DNA of 62,152 bases from a candidate division WOR-3 bacterium (GCA_965649205.1 CBFGJV010000014.1:1-62152), one strand, 5' to 3'. Shown: positions 28,721 through 39,314, counted from the first letter of the stretch. Numbers and translations: made by a program. Notes: generated from the sequence alone by a model not told the origin.

Positions 28721-29461
28721 ATGAAATACGCAGCGACAGCGTGCTTGTTACTGACCATGATTTCGTGCAAGGTGCAGCGACTTCATGTCGCTGGCTTTGC
28801 TCACTACAGCGACGATCTTTGGTGGCTTGAAAGAGGGGCATACGTGGAGCTTTTTTCGGTTCCACTTGTCACCACGGCTACGGTGCTTGTCAACGGGCAC
28901 CAAGCTCTGCCCTATTATGCAACCCCTGGTTCGGGTGTGCGAGTTTTCTGGGATAGTCTTTTGCCGACTCCTGGCACGGCACAAGTTTTAAACGTACAGA
29001 CTGATGCGGGGAACTGTACAGCCGTATGTACTATTCCTGGCGGTTTTGTGTACACAATGCCGGTCAGAGATACTCTCCCCGTTGGTGCGTCGTTAGTAAT
29101 CTCGTGGACGCCTGCTAAGTATGCTCAGTGGTATCAAGTGTACATCTCATTCTTAGGGTTTGACACCTCTTTTTTCTATAAAGAGACGCTGTTTGTAGTA
29201 ACCACGACTAATGCCGCGGTCCCTGGTTTTTGGTTTAGTGGTGATGGAGACGCTTGGATAGACGTCTTTGCAGGCAACGGGCCTTCTCCTGACCCGGCAG
29301 CAAAGTCAACGGGTAATGTACTTGGTGACGGAAACGGATACTGGGTGGGGCTTTATTCGATAGAAAAGCGACTGGTCATTGGTGAGGGGGCACGTGTTTC
29401 AGTGTCGCCCGGGAAGCACCAGAGGGAGAAGCTACGTCGCGTTTTTCTGAGGACGAGCTAG
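28721..29461 (+). CDS. hypothetical lipoprotein
   Basis: SD AAGGAGGAGG; lipobox-like MKYAATACLLLTMISC; beta-rich mature part. Confidence 0.7.
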   Translation: MKYAATACLLLTMISCKVQRLHVAGFAHYSDDLWWLERGAYVELFSVPLVTTATVLVNGHQALPYYATPGSGVRVFWDSLLPTPGTAQVLNVQTDAGNCTAVCTIPGGFVYTMPVRDTLPVGASLVISWTPAKYAQWYQVYISFLGFDTSFFYKETLFVVTTTNAAVPGFWFSGDGDAWIDVFAGNGPSPDPAAKSTGNVLGDGNGYWVGLYSIEKRLVIGEGARVSVSPGKHQREKLRRVFLRTS

Positions 29462-29570
29462 ACGTCACTCGGAATTTGGCCGGTACAACTGGCAGTGTAA
29501 CTTGTAAAAGACTATTCTCGAGCTCTGGGGTGGGCTGATAAAGGGCTATGGTGTTCGAGGGAGCTGAGAA

Positions 29571-31322
29571 TTATGTCCTCTGAAAGTTTGCGCTGTCCCG
29601 AGGAGAAACCGGCAGGCGGATGATGAAGGAGGTGCCTTTGCCCGGGGTGCTTTTGACTTCAATCTTGCCGTGGTGCAGTTCCACAATGTGCCGGACAATG
29701 GCAAGACCTAGACCGGTGCCGCCGGTCTTGCGCGAGCGGGCGCGGTCCACGACATAGAATCGTTCGAAGATACGCGGCAGATGTTCAGGAGCAATGCCGA
29801 CACCGGTGTCCTCAACCCGAAGCACAGCCTGGTCTTTGTCCCGCTCTGCCCGTAGTTCCACGTGGCCCTTTTCTGTGTAACGGAGAGCATTGTCCAGCAG
29901 ATTGGATATTACTTGCTGAAGTCGGAATCTGTCTGCTTCGACGAGAACTGGCTCTGCAGCCGATAGAATCAGCTTCAAACCTTTGGCTGCGTAGCGCGAC
30001 TGAAACATTTCTGTTTCCTCACGGGCAAGTTCAGTCAGGTCCACGGTTTCCAGTTCCAGTTTGAATTCGGGCGCTTCCAGCTCGGATAGCTGAGCCAGGT
30101 CGGCTACGAGTCGCATAAGTCTGTCCGTGTGTCGTCGAATAATCTCCAGGTATCGCCTGCCTTCTTCCGTAACCGAATCTTCCAGCGTTTCCAGATATCC
30201 CCTGATTGCCGTTAGGGGTGTGCGTAGTTCGTGCGAGGCCGCGGCTGCGAGGTCGCGTTTCATTCTGGTTGCGGCTTTTAGCTCCGTGATGTCGTGAAGC
30301 GCCACGACTGTTTCCTGAGTGGTTTGGATGAAGGAAGCCGTACAGATGTAAGTGCGGCCAGCTACTTCCACTTCGTTCGTGTGGGGTTCGTGTTCCACGC
30401 CAGAAGAGCGCAAGAATTCTCCCAGGTGGAACTCGCGGGTTATTTCCCAATGATGCCGACCTACCACGTCCTGGTTTCCAGCGATACGGAGAAAGCTGTT
30501 GTTAGCCATTTTTATCCGACCGGTAGAGTCGATTACTACTATTCCTTCCCGAAGGGAATTGATGATGCGATGTAGTGTTTCGCGCTGATTGGTCAGGCTG
30601 CGGGACATTACCTCTAGGTGGGCGGCAGTTTCATTGAAGGTGCGACTGAGCTCGTGCAGTTCGTCAGCTGCTCCGGGGTCGGCCCTTGTACTGAAATCTC
30701 CTGCTCCCAGTCGACGGAAAGCATGTACAAGAGAGGATACAGGGCGGGAGAGTTCGGAAGAGTAAAGCAGGGAAGCAAAGATCGCCAGCAGTAGGACTGC
30801 CAGGGTTATGAGGAGTATGCGGAAGGTAAGACGAGTGAGGGCAGCATTGACTGGTTGTATATCAGCACTGGCTCGTACATAGCCGATTAGTCTGCTGTCG
30901 TCTTTTAGCGCCAAGGCATAATAGAGCATTTGTCGGCCTGTAGTACGGCTGGTGCGACGGGCCGAGCCTTCACCTGTCATCCGGGCGGCAATTATCTCCG
31001 GACGTTCCAGATGGTTTTCCATGGTGCGCGGGTCGGCTTCGGTGTCCAAGAGCACCCGGCCTAGTGAATCGATGAGGGTGATGCGGGTACCGGAGGTGGA
31101 GGTCAGCCGCGGCAGAACCGGGTCAGACTGGGTAATGCGACCTTGCTGGAAAAGGGGACGTACCAATTCTGTCAGCATGATTGCTTCTCGCCGTAGTCCC
31201 TGCTCCAGTGTGGCGAGATGGTTGTGACGGACAGTGGCAAGGCTGAGCGCAAGTACGACGGCAAGGGTCGCAACCAGTATCAGCAGATAGCCGCCGAAGA
31301 CGCGTATGAAGAAGGATTTCAC
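29571..31322 (-). CDS. phoR: phosphate regulon sensor histidine kinase
   Basis: 2 TM segments, MENHLERPEI, HAMP, PAS, SHELRTPL, NLLDNA, FERFYVVD, GTGLGLAI. Confidence 0.92.
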   Translation of the reverse strand: MKSFFIRVFGGYLLILVATLAVVLALSLATVRHNHLATLEQGLRREAIMLTELVRPLFQQGRITQSDPVLPRLTSTSGTRITLIDSLGRVLLDTEADPRTMENHLERPEIIAARMTGEGSARRTSRTTGRQMLYYALALKDDSRLIGYVRASADIQPVNAALTRLTFRILLITLAVLLLAIFASLLYSSELSRPVSSLVHAFRRLGAGDFSTRADPGAADELHELSRTFNETAAHLEVMSRSLTNQRETLHRIINSLREGIVVIDSTGRIKMANNSFLRIAGNQDVVGRHHWEITREFHLGEFLRSSGVEHEPHTNEVEVAGRTYICTASFIQTTQETVVALHDITELKAATRMKRDLAAAASHELRTPLTAIRGYLETLEDSVTEEGRRYLEIIRRHTDRLMRLVADLAQLSELEAPEFKLELETVDLTELAREETEMFQSRYAAKGLKLILSAAEPVLVEADRFRLQQVISNLLDNALRYTEKGHVELRAERDKDQAVLRVEDTGVGIAPEHLPRIFERFYVVDRARSRKTGGTGLGLAIVRHIVELHHGKIEVKSTPGKGTSFIIRLPVSPRDSANFQRT

Positions 31323-31993
31323 TCTGTCTCTGGGGTGTCGCGCTGACAGTGTTTGATGTTTTCGCCTTCGGCGACGTATATCGCTTCCTCAGAGATGTTT
31401 GTTGCCAGGTCCGCTATTCGTTCAAGATTTAGGGTTATCATTATCAGCCGCAGGGCTCGCTCTACGGTTTCAGAGTCACGTTTCATGTATTCCACCAGTT
31501 CCTGAATTATGAGGTTTTTCAGTTCGTCAACCGAGGAGTCGCGGCGGCACACATCACGGGCCTGATCTGGTCGGGCGTGAACGAATGCATCCAGGCTGTC
31601 GTGTAGCATCGCTACCGCCTGGTCTGCCATCTTGGGAAGGTCGATAAGAGGTTTGACCTCAGGCCGGTCTACAAGGTACAGCGCAGCTTCACAGATATTA
31701 ACGGCATGGTCCCCAATTCTTTCCAGGTCGCTAGCCAGTTTGATACAGGAGATGATAGTGCGCAGATTGGAGGCCTCAGGTTGATGCAGAGCTATGAGAG
31801 CGATGGCCGCATCCTCGTTTTCTACTTCCAGTTTGTTCACCCGTGTTTCCAGCTCGGCCATCACTTTATGGCAAAGAGCGGGCTCGCGACTGACTAGGGC
31901 GCGTACGCCGGAGGCGAGCATCTCTTCCACCAGAGAGGCCATTTCAAATATGCGTCCCTTTAAGTCGTTCAGTTTTGTTTCTAGTACTGTCAT
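31319..31993 (-). CDS. phoU: phosphate signaling protein PhoU
   Basis: QPEASNLR, DLERIGDHAVNI, LERIADLATNI. Confidence 0.96.
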   Translation of the reverse strand: MTVLETKLNDLKGRIFEMASLVEEMLASGVRALVSREPALCHKVMAELETRVNKLEVENEDAAIALIALHQPEASNLRTIISCIKLASDLERIGDHAVNICEAALYLVDRPEVKPLIDLPKMADQAVAMLHDSLDAFVHARPDQARDVCRRDSSVDELKNLIIQELVEYMKRDSETVERALRLIMITLNLERIADLATNISEEAIYVAEGENIKHCQRDTPETE

Positions 31994-32030
31994 TTACACC
32001 TCATAGAAATTATACAAAACCCAAAACGGC

Positions 32031-32792
32031 TCATCCGAACTTACCGGTGAGAAAATCTTCGGTGCGTTTGTCTTTGGGGCTGGTGAATACCTGTTCGGTC
32101 CGACCCCATTCTACCAGTTCTCCGAGCATGAGAAAGGCGCAGTAGTCTGAAACCCGGGCTGCCTGCTGCATGTTGTGAGTGACAATGACTATGGTATAGT
32201 TGCGTTTGAGCTCCACTATCAGTTGTTCCAACTTTGCTGTAGAAGCAGGGTCAAGAGCAGAGGCCGGTTCATCCAGAAGTACTATCTCTGGACCTACCGC
32301 CAAGGCCCGGGCCAAGCATAGTCTCTGTTGTTGTCCTCCAGACAAGCTGAACGCATTGTCCTGGAGTCTGTCTTTGACCTCGTCCCACAAATTTGCCTGG
32401 ATAAGTGCCTGCTCCACCCGTTTGCGTATTTCAGAAGGTCCGCCCAGGCGGTGAATACGCAGGCCGAAGGCAATGTTCTCGAAGATAGATTTGGGAAAGG
32501 GGTTGGGTTTTTGAAAAACCATTCCCACGCGTCGGCGCAGATCGATTACATCTGTTCTGGGTGAGTAGATATCCTCGCCGTCGATTACAACGCGGCCAGT
32601 TATGCGGGTGGAAAGAATCAAGTCGTTCATGCGGTTTATGCAGCGTAGAAGCGTAGATTTGCCGCATCCGGATGGTCCCATGATGGCGGTAACGGCATTG
32701 CTGGGAATGTGGAAGGTTACGTCCTTCAGGACATGATTCGTACCAAACCACAGGTTCAGGTTTTCAACGGAGATGCGTGTTTCTCTGTTCAT
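32031..32792 (-). CDS. pstB: phosphate ABC transporter ATPase
   Basis: [37 protein letters not shown]. Confidence 0.97.
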   Translation of the reverse strand: MNRETRISVENLNLWFGTNHVLKDVTFHIPSNAVTAIMGPSGCGKSTLLRCINRMNDLILSTRITGRVVIDGEDIYSPRTDVIDLRRRVGMVFQKPNPFPKSIFENIAFGLRIHRLGGPSEIRKRVEQALIQANLWDEVKDRLQDNAFSLSGGQQQRLCLARALAVGPEIVLLDEPASALDPASTAKLEQLIVELKRNYTIVIVTHNMQQAARVSDYCAFLMLGELVEWGRTEQVFTSPKDKRTEDFLTGKFG

Positions 32793-32849
32793 TTTCCTAG
32801 AGACTCCAACTTGACGATAATACGGTTCATGCGGATGCTGCTTGTGTAG

Positions 32850-33758
32850 TCATACCTGCCAAGTGTTTGTTTTGCTGATGCGCAGCCTGATGATGAACGC
32901 CAGTGTGTCGAAGCTGAGCACGAATATGAGCAGAACTAGAGCGGTCCCAAAAGCAATGGGTCGCACTTTTGCAATCTGGTCATGCTGGGTGGCAAGGGCA
33001 AACAGGTGGTAGGGAAGAGCCATAAATTTGTGCGACAGAGCTGTAGGTAGCTGTTTGGTGTAGTAAGTTACGCCTGTGAAGAGTATCGGAGCAGTTTCTC
33101 CTACTGTCCTGGCCACCGCGAGCAGCACGCCGGTGAGAATACCGGGAAAAGCATAGGGAAGTACGTTGCGCCTTATAGCTTCCCATTTGGTTGAGCCTAA
33201 AGCCAGTGCTCCCTCCCGAAAAGAGCCAGGGATGGCAGCGACGGCTTCCTCGCAGGTGGCTATTATCCAGGGCAGGTTAACCAGTCCCAATGTAAGTCCC
33301 GAGGCAAGAACTGACATTCCTAGGCGCATGGCATTTACGAAAAGTGCCACTCCAAATAGACCATAGACTATGGAGGGTACGCCGGCCAGACTGCGTACGG
33401 AACTCCGAATTATCCGCGTCACGAAATTGTTCGGAGCGTACTCAGCAAGGTATACGCCGGAACAGACGCCTATTGGTACCGAGAAAACAAGCGAGATGAA
33501 AGTTACGAGCGCGGTACCTACGATGCACGGTAATATGCCGCCTTCGGTCATACCAGCAGTGGGCGCCTGCGACAAGAATCTCCAGCTAAGTACCGGTGCT
33601 CCATTGCGCACGAGATAGAAGACTAGCAGAAGTATGAAGGCGACGAAAAGAAAGAGGGGAATGGACAGAAATACAAATCCAATGTTGCTGGCAAATCTTT
33701 TTCTTGGTATCGTCCCAGTTGCCGCCGGACTCTGTCCTTTACCTGCTTCCGATGTCAT
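32850..33758 (-). CDS. pstA: phosphate ABC transporter permease
   Basis: LAGVPSIVYGLFG, EGALALG, GETAP. Confidence 0.95.
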   Translation of the reverse strand: MTSEAGKGQSPAATGTIPRKRFASNIGFVFLSIPLFLFVAFILLLVFYLVRNGAPVLSWRFLSQAPTAGMTEGGILPCIVGTALVTFISLVFSVPIGVCSGVYLAEYAPNNFVTRIIRSSVRSLAGVPSIVYGLFGVALFVNAMRLGMSVLASGLTLGLVNLPWIIATCEEAVAAIPGSFREGALALGSTKWEAIRRNVLPYAFPGILTGVLLAVARTVGETAPILFTGVTYYTKQLPTALSHKFMALPYHLFALATQHDQIAKVRPIAFGTALVLLIFVLSFDTLAFIIRLRISKTNTWQV

Positions 33759-34642
33759 AATGTGAAGCTTCTTTTCTCTCGTCGAATGAGCGATTCGGCG
33801 AGCAGGTTGGTGGTCAGAGCAATCAGGAAAAGTACCAGCCCCAGGGCAAAGAGTGCGTAGAAGTGAGTAGTATGAAAGGGGGTCTCGCCCAGTTCTACCG
33901 CAATCGTAGCCGTGATGGTGCGCACTGGGTCAAATAGCGATCTGGGGATAACAGGCGCATTGCCTGCGACCATCAGGACAGCCATTGTTTCGCCGATGGC
34001 CCGGCCAAATCCGAGCATTACTGCGGCCAGGATTCCAGACTTGGCCGCGGGAAGAGTAACACGCATGGCCGTAGTCCAGGGCGTGGCACCGAGGGCGTAG
34101 GCTGCTTCGCGATACGATTGGGGTACTACCCGTAAAGCGTCGTCTGAGACCGAAATGATCGTGGGCAGGGCCATGAAGGCAAGCAGTACACCGGCATTGA
34201 GCAGGTTTAAACCCGAAGGGACGTTGAACAGCCGGGCTATGAATGGTGCCACTACGACCAAGCCGAAGAAACCGATAACAACAGACGGGAAGCCGGCAAA
34301 CAACTCTACTACGGTTTTGATTAGGGTGCGGGTTCTGCCTTTCAGACGTTCGGCAATGAAAACGGCACCGGCAATTCCGAAAGGAATAGATATGATAAGC
34401 GCCAGAAGGGTGGTGAAGAAGCTGCCGGCTAGCAGCGGTACAAGTCCGTAGGAAGGTTCTCCATACGCGTCCGGGTTCCAGCGAGTACCGAAAAGGAAGC
34501 CGATCAGTGATGTGCCAGCAAAAGTGCGCGCGCCGAAGAGTAGAAGATAGGTGAGGATTCCGAAGAGAACGAGCGCGGCCAAGATAGCATTGAGCAGGAA
34601 TACAACCCGCGCCAGTCTGTCAGTGACCTTGCGAAGTTTCAC
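33755..34642 (-). CDS. pstC: phosphate ABC transporter permease
   Basis: PSVVIGFFG, EAAYALGAT, RAIGETMAV. Confidence 0.95.
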   Translation of the reverse strand: MKLRKVTDRLARVVFLLNAILAALVLFGILTYLLLFGARTFAGTSLIGFLFGTRWNPDAYGEPSYGLVPLLAGSFFTTLLALIISIPFGIAGAVFIAERLKGRTRTLIKTVVELFAGFPSVVIGFFGLVVVAPFIARLFNVPSGLNLLNAGVLLAFMALPTIISVSDDALRVVPQSYREAAYALGATPWTTAMRVTLPAAKSGILAAVMLGFGRAIGETMAVLMVAGNAPVIPRSLFDPVRTITATIAVELGETPFHTTHFYALFALGLVLFLIALTTNLLAESLIRREKRSFTL

Positions 34643-34656
34643 TTCTTGATTATGCC

Positions 34657-34691
34657 GTATCCCGGCCGGGCGTCAAACCCGGCCGGGATAC
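34657..34691 (-). terminator. 14-bp perfect hairpin between pstS and pstC (mRNA-stabilising or partial terminator)
   Basis: GTATCCCGGCCGGG-cgtcaaa-CCCGGCCGGGATAC. Confidence 0.7.
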
Positions 34692-34703
34692 TACGAGGAG
34701 GCC

Positions 34704-35570
34704 CTACTTTCCTAGTGCTGATTTGTTGGCTTCCTGATATGCGCTTGTGACGGGGAAGAAACCTTCCTGTTTGACGATTTCCTGGCCCTTGGGGCTGAGT
34801 TCAAATTCAATGAACTTGCGGACATTTCCTTTCGGTTTCCCCGCGGTGTATTGATACAGTGGTCGGGTGAGCGGGTAGAGGCCGGCTTCGACCTTTTTCT
34901 CGTCGAGCGGAGATAAGTATTCACCTTTAGCATTTCTTACGGATATGACCTTTACTCCGACGGTTTCCCGCAGGTATCCTACGCCCACATAACCAATGCC
35001 GCCTTCATCCGACTTCAGAGCTTCGATAATCTGCGCGTTGCCATTCATCTGCCGCATGGTCGGTGAGTACTCACCCTTGACCACCGCCTCGCGGAAGAAC
35101 ACGAAGGTGCCGGAGCTGGGTTGGCGTCCGTACAGGCTTACTTTCTTGTTCGGTCCGCCTACCTGGTTCCAGTTCTTGATTTCTCCGCGGTAGATGGCAC
35201 CGATCTGTTCGGGCGTAAGTTTCTCTACCGGGTTTTTTTCGTTCACAATGACCGACAGTCCGTCAATAGCTATGACGATGCCCACCGGGTTTACGCCATT
35301 GGCCCGCGCAGTCGATATCTCCTTGGATTTTATTTCCCGCGAGGCATTGGCAATGTCGCATTCACGATTGGTGATGGCGTTGATACCTACCCCTGAGCCA
35401 CCGCCCGTGATGGAAACCGAGACATCGGGCTGGACCGCAGCGAACGCTTCGGCCAGACGTTGAGTCAGATTGAGCATGGTATCGGACCCCTTGACTAGTA
35501 TCTCCGCGGCCTGAAGGCTGGCAGAGGCCATAAGTACCAGACACAATAGATGTTTCAGAATGTTTTTCAT
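34704..35570 (-). CDS. pstS: phosphate ABC transporter substrate-binding protein
   Basis: GSDT, GGGSGVG, ASR, SSGT, YPLTRPL. Confidence 0.95.
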   Translation of the reverse strand: MKNILKHLLCLVLMASASLQAAEILVKGSDTMLNLTQRLAEAFAAVQPDVSVSITGGGSGVGINAITNRECDIANASREIKSKEISTARANGVNPVGIVIAIDGLSVIVNEKNPVEKLTPEQIGAIYRGEIKNWNQVGGPNKKVSLYGRQPSSGTFVFFREAVVKGEYSPTMRQMNGNAQIIEALKSDEGGIGYVGVGYLRETVGVKVISVRNAKGEYLSPLDEKKVEAGLYPLTRPLYQYTAGKPKGNVRKFIEFELSPKGQEIVKQEGFFPVTSAYQEANKSALGK

Positions 35571-35587
35571 TTTTTCCTCCTGTTTGG

Positions 35588-36769
35588 TTAGTGCTCAAGC
35601 GGTGCAATGGTGGCGGACCATTCAAACCTGAACTGAGCCAGGAAAGTGTCCTTAGGTTTGGAACCTTCGGCCCGTGCCTGTTCCCGGATCCAGGCGAACT
35701 GAAATACGGAACCAGGTCGACCGCGTTCCCGCCGGTAGAAGTGCCAGTTGAAGCCGCCGCCATAGCGGGTCAGGCTTTTGGCAAGGTTTACTTCCATAGC
35801 ACCGTCTGCATTCTCCTCTTTTCGTTCCCACAAGCTAAGACGAGCGAATAGTTCAAGTTTACGTTTAAGCAATGTAGCGATTGGTAGTAAGTCGAGGCCG
35901 GAGTGGGCGTACTTCTTTGTTTTCTCTACCAGCGTGGAATCCACGATGTTGTTGGCCGAATCCCGGTTTAGCACGTAGTAGGTGAATTTGCGGGTATAGT
36001 TGTAGGTGAGCAACTCTCCTTCTAACGCGACAGGTCCATAGGCAAGCCTGAAGACCGGCGCCAGGCCGAAGATGCCAGCGTTGAGTGTGTCGTTATTGAG
36101 GTGAAACCTGCCATCGGTGGTGCGTCCCTTCTTGTCGTTTTTGTAATTCTTCATGTCTTCGGCAAGAGATAGCACAGATATGCCTGCCATTACACCGGCT
36201 ATTGGGGTTAGACGCAAATTGGCAAGATACTCTGGTTTGGTATTCAGATACTTGCCTACATACTTGTAACCTTCACCATTGTAGATTCCCAACTGCAGTT
36301 CGCCCAAGCCGGAAGGCAAGAAACCGTTGAGGATCAGGCCATAGTCTGCACTGGCCGCAATCTCCTGGGCGTCCGCCAGAGACTTGTCCGGATGCAGATA
36401 CGGCCAGGAGTAGATAGCCCCGAAATAGTGTTTCTGCAGGCCGGCGGTGAAGGTGAAGTCTCGAAGGGGCAGAGCAAAATCCATATAGGCTTCCTTAAGT
36501 CTCACTGTGGCGCCGTCTGGATACTTGTCGGAAGAGAAGAAGTCCACGGTCAGCTTGGTGAAAAGCTGTTCTGTCCAGCGGTACGAAGCTCTAAGGTAGC
36601 CTCGTTCCAGGCTGAACCGGTTGACCGCGGGGTCGGTCAGTTTAAACGACTCACATATGTTGGTGTAACGGAACCAGCCGTTATGCTCAATTACTGCCTG
36701 ACCGGGGTCCTGAGCATACAGTCCGGTTCCAATCACCGCGAGGGCAACGAGCACGGGCATTTTTCTCAT
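35588..36769 (-). CDS. outer-membrane beta-barrel, probable phosphate-selective porin
   Basis: Signal peptide; F.L.R.YL, LKEAY, GIYNGEG; alternating aromatic C-terminal strand; first gene of the pst operon. Confidence 0.65.
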   Translation of the reverse strand: MRKMPVLVALAVIGTGLYAQDPGQAVIEHNGWFRYTNICESFKLTDPAVNRFSLERGYLRASYRWTEQLFTKLTVDFFSSDKYPDGATVRLKEAYMDFALPLRDFTFTAGLQKHYFGAIYSWPYLHPDKSLADAQEIAASADYGLILNGFLPSGLGELQLGIYNGEGYKYVGKYLNTKPEYLANLRLTPIAGVMAGISVLSLAEDMKNYKNDKKGRTTDGRFHLNNDTLNAGIFGLAPVFRLAYGPVALEGELLTYNYTRKFTYYVLNRDSANNIVDSTLVEKTKKYAHSGLDLLPIATLLKRKLELFARLSLWERKEENADGAMEVNLAKSLTRYGGGFNWHFYRRERGRPGSVFQFAWIREQARAEGSKPKDTFLAQFRFEWSATIAPLEH

Positions 36770-36870
36770 ATGACTCCTTTGTTTGGCAAAAAGTATCGTG
36801 AGAAGATTGAATGCTTGATATAAGCAGTGCGAATTTTGCGTTAATGTTAAGTTGCTAGCGGGAGCCGGGA

Positions 36871-37551
36871 CTAATCGGCCGCGAGTCGGTACCCGACACC
36901 CCGCACCGTGCGGATAGCACTGCCGGCCTCCCCTAGTTTCTCGCGTAGGTTGCGGATGTGAGTGTCTATAACCCGGTCTATCACCGGCTTATCATAACCC
37001 CATACGCCCTCTATCAGCTGATCCCGGGAGAAAACCCGACCTGGCTGTCGAGCCAAAACCTCCAAGATGCGGAACTCGGTGGCGGTAAGCTCCACCGGTT
37101 TGCCGGCCACAGTTACCTGAAAGTGTTCTGGGTCGATAATAAGTGGGCCGATGGCAATCGCGCCGGGTACGGACCTGGCATCACGACGACGTAGTACGGC
37201 CCGAATTCGCGCTACCAGCTCTTTGGGACTGAATGGCTTGACTACGTAGTCGTCAGCCCCAGTTTCTAGTCCGACGATGCGGTCGGTTTCCTCGCTTCGG
37301 GCAGTTAGCATGATAATTGGGATAGCTGCCAGTCGGGGTTCGCTGCGCAGATAGCGGCATACGTCTAGACCATCTGCGTCGGGAAGCATTAGGTCCAGGA
37401 CTACAAGGTCAGGGGTTTTCGCGGCAAGTGACCGGTAGAAGCCGTCTGCGTTCAGAAATGCTTCCACGCGGAAACCAGCTTTGCGCAGATGTAAGCTTAC
37501 AAGTTCCAGTATGTCTGGTTCGTCGTCTATGACTGCGATCAGTTTAGACAT
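36871..37551 (-). CDS. phoB: OmpR/PhoB-family response regulator
   Basis: DDE, LDLMLP, MLTA, GADDY, KPF, winged helix LTATEF...VRGVGY. Confidence 0.9.
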   Translation of the reverse strand: MSKLIAVIDDEPDILELVSLHLRKAGFRVEAFLNADGFYRSLAAKTPDLVVLDLMLPDADGLDVCRYLRSEPRLAAIPIIMLTARSEETDRIVGLETGADDYVVKPFSPKELVARIRAVLRRRDARSVPGAIAIGPLIIDPEHFQVTVAGKPVELTATEFRILEVLARQPGRVFSRDQLIEGVWGYDKPVIDRVIDTHIRNLREKLGEAGSAIRTVRGVGYRLAAD

Positions 37552-37658
37552 TATTATGAAACAAGGCTATACGAGATACGCAGCCCGGTCAAGTCAAGAA
37601 ATGATGAATAAGTCAAAGGGTACGCAAGAGCGGTGCTGCTGATTGCATACAATAGACG

Positions 37659-38207
37659 CTATCTCCGGGGGATAGAGAATTCACAGCCGCAGTAGTGCTG
37701 GCGATAAAGCCCCAGTTGACGGGAGAGTTGGACTGCCTGGCGGAATCCGTCCTGCTTCTTCCAGTCCGCGTCGAGAAAGCGGATTCCGTAGGCTGCGCAT
37801 ACCTCCTGACCGATACGGTTCACTGTTACTGCCTGCTTGTTACGGCCGATGGTGAGTGTAGTAGCGATCAGTTCATATCCTACAGACTGCGCCCTTTCTG
37901 CGGTTGCGGCGAGACGCAAACGAAAGCACAGTTCGCATCTGAGGCCTCCCTCTGGCTCATCTTCCAATCCCTTCACGGTTCGCAGAAATGTTTCGTGGTC
38001 ATAGGGGCCGTAATCTACAGGCTGATGCCAGAAGGCGCTGAGTTGCTGCGTTGCGGTCAGACGACGAAGATATTCTTCTTCCGGAGCTATATTGGGATTG
38101 TAGAAGAAACCGGTTACCTCGTATGCGGACCGTAGTCGTCGGACGACTTCTGTCGCGCAGGGCGCACAACATATGTGAAGAAGAAGACGGGGTTTGAGCT
38201 GGTTCAG
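37659..38207 (-). CDS. queH: epoxyqueuosine reductase QueH, probable CTG start
   Basis: The frame upstream of the track ORF encodes LLLHICCAPC and FYNPNI; downstream RCELC and YRQHYCGC. CTG 38207 overlaps the upstream TGA. Confidence 0.9.
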   Translation of the reverse strand: MNQLKPRLLLHICCAPCATEVVRRLRSAYEVTGFFYNPNIAPEEEYLRRLTATQQLSAFWHQPVDYGPYDHETFLRTVKGLEDEPEGGLRCELCFRLRLAATAERAQSVGYELIATTLTIGRNKQAVTVNRIGQEVCAAYGIRFLDADWKKQDGFRQAVQLSRQLGLYRQHYCGCEFSIPRR

Positions 38208-39307
38208 TTTATACCGCCGGAGGCAACTTCTTTGAGGGCCTTGAGTTCGTTGACTATCTGGTGGGCCTCTCCTACGTTGCTGGCACGCAATAGGATACAG
38301 CCTTTGTGTTCTCTCCGTTCTTCGCGAGGCAGAGAGCTGAGAAAATCGGCGATCTCTTCTGGGGTTACCCTCAGGTAGCCGGCCAGGTGTTCGGAAGAGA
38401 TGTTTACGACTACGATAACTTCATCAGGTTTGGGAAAAGGCCAGCGATGAGGAGATACGGCAAGAACGATGGTGCCCTCGGCTCCGGGACGGCCAAGGGT
38501 TGTAGGTAGAAAGTACTCCAGTTCTTGGCGAGGGAGCTTCAGTTCGTCTAGGCCGGTGAGGATTGTCAGCAACTCCTTCTGGCGAGGTGTTATTTCAAGC
38601 TTGTCCGCGGGCTGACTTCTAGTTTCGCTCGGCCGCGAAGAAGGAGACGATGTCGGTTGGGATTGAACTTCTGGTGGGGGAGTCCGAGGTTGAGCGCTTG
38701 GAGCGGGGGTGAGCAATACTGGTTGCACAACATCAACTCCCTCGCTTGCACTACAGGTGTACCCGACAAACCGCACGGGTAGATTCATATTTTCCAGATA
38801 GGTCAGAGTCTCTGCGACTGCCGGATTTCGCTCTCGGGCGACTATGATAACGGGGAATCTGCCTTGCTGCAGGCTTGCTTCTACGGCAGAGCGAAACGTA
38901 TCGACGGTCCAGTTCTTGCTCGCACGTCTTTCCGCCCATTCGGCCAATGATTGGCCCAGAGACGCCTCAAACAGCGCGGCGAAGGTATCGTACGACTTGT
39001 GCCACAATTTAGCCGAGGTGGCAAGTGCTTCCGCGGCCAGAGTTGACAGTTCAGCTTCCTCTGCTTGACGCGGACAGGCGACAATTCGCACTTTGCCTTC
39101 CGTGTCCACGGCTACTAATACTCTTCCGGTGCTGGAATCAGGGGCCTTAGTGGTTGCAATTGCGGTTTCTTCTGTATCAGAGGCCGAGGCGAGGAATGCG
39201 GGAGCTTGCATAATCAGCTGAAGCGTATCGATTTGAGTATCTGCAGACTGGGGCATAACCAGCTGCCATTTTTTGCTTCTTGCTTTGATGCGGATATAGG
39301 CAGGCAT
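38204..39307 (-). CDS. hypothetical protein, degenerate PD-(D/E)XK/NucS-like N-terminal domain plus Pro/Ser linker and C-terminal domain
   Basis: VAVDTEGKVRIVAC...LWHKSYDTF...FRSAVEASLQQGRFPVIIV; paralog of the next ORF; start 39307 or 39256. Confidence 0.55.
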   Translation of the reverse strand: MPAYIRIKARSKKWQLVMPQSADTQIDTLQLIMQAPAFLASASDTEETAIATTKAPDSSTGRVLVAVDTEGKVRIVACPRQAEEAELSTLAAEALATSAKLWHKSYDTFAALFEASLGQSLAEWAERRASKNWTVDTFRSAVEASLQQGRFPVIIVARERNPAVAETLTYLENMNLPVRFVGYTCSASEGVDVVQPVLLTPAPSAQPRTPPPEVQSQPTSSPSSRPSETRSQPADKLEITPRQKELLTILTGLDELKLPRQELEYFLPTTLGRPGAEGTIVLAVSPHRWPFPKPDEVIVVVNISSEHLAGYLRVTPEEIADFLSSLPREERREHKGCILLRASNVGEAHQIVNELKALKEVASGGIN

Positions 39308-39314
39308 CTTTGTT

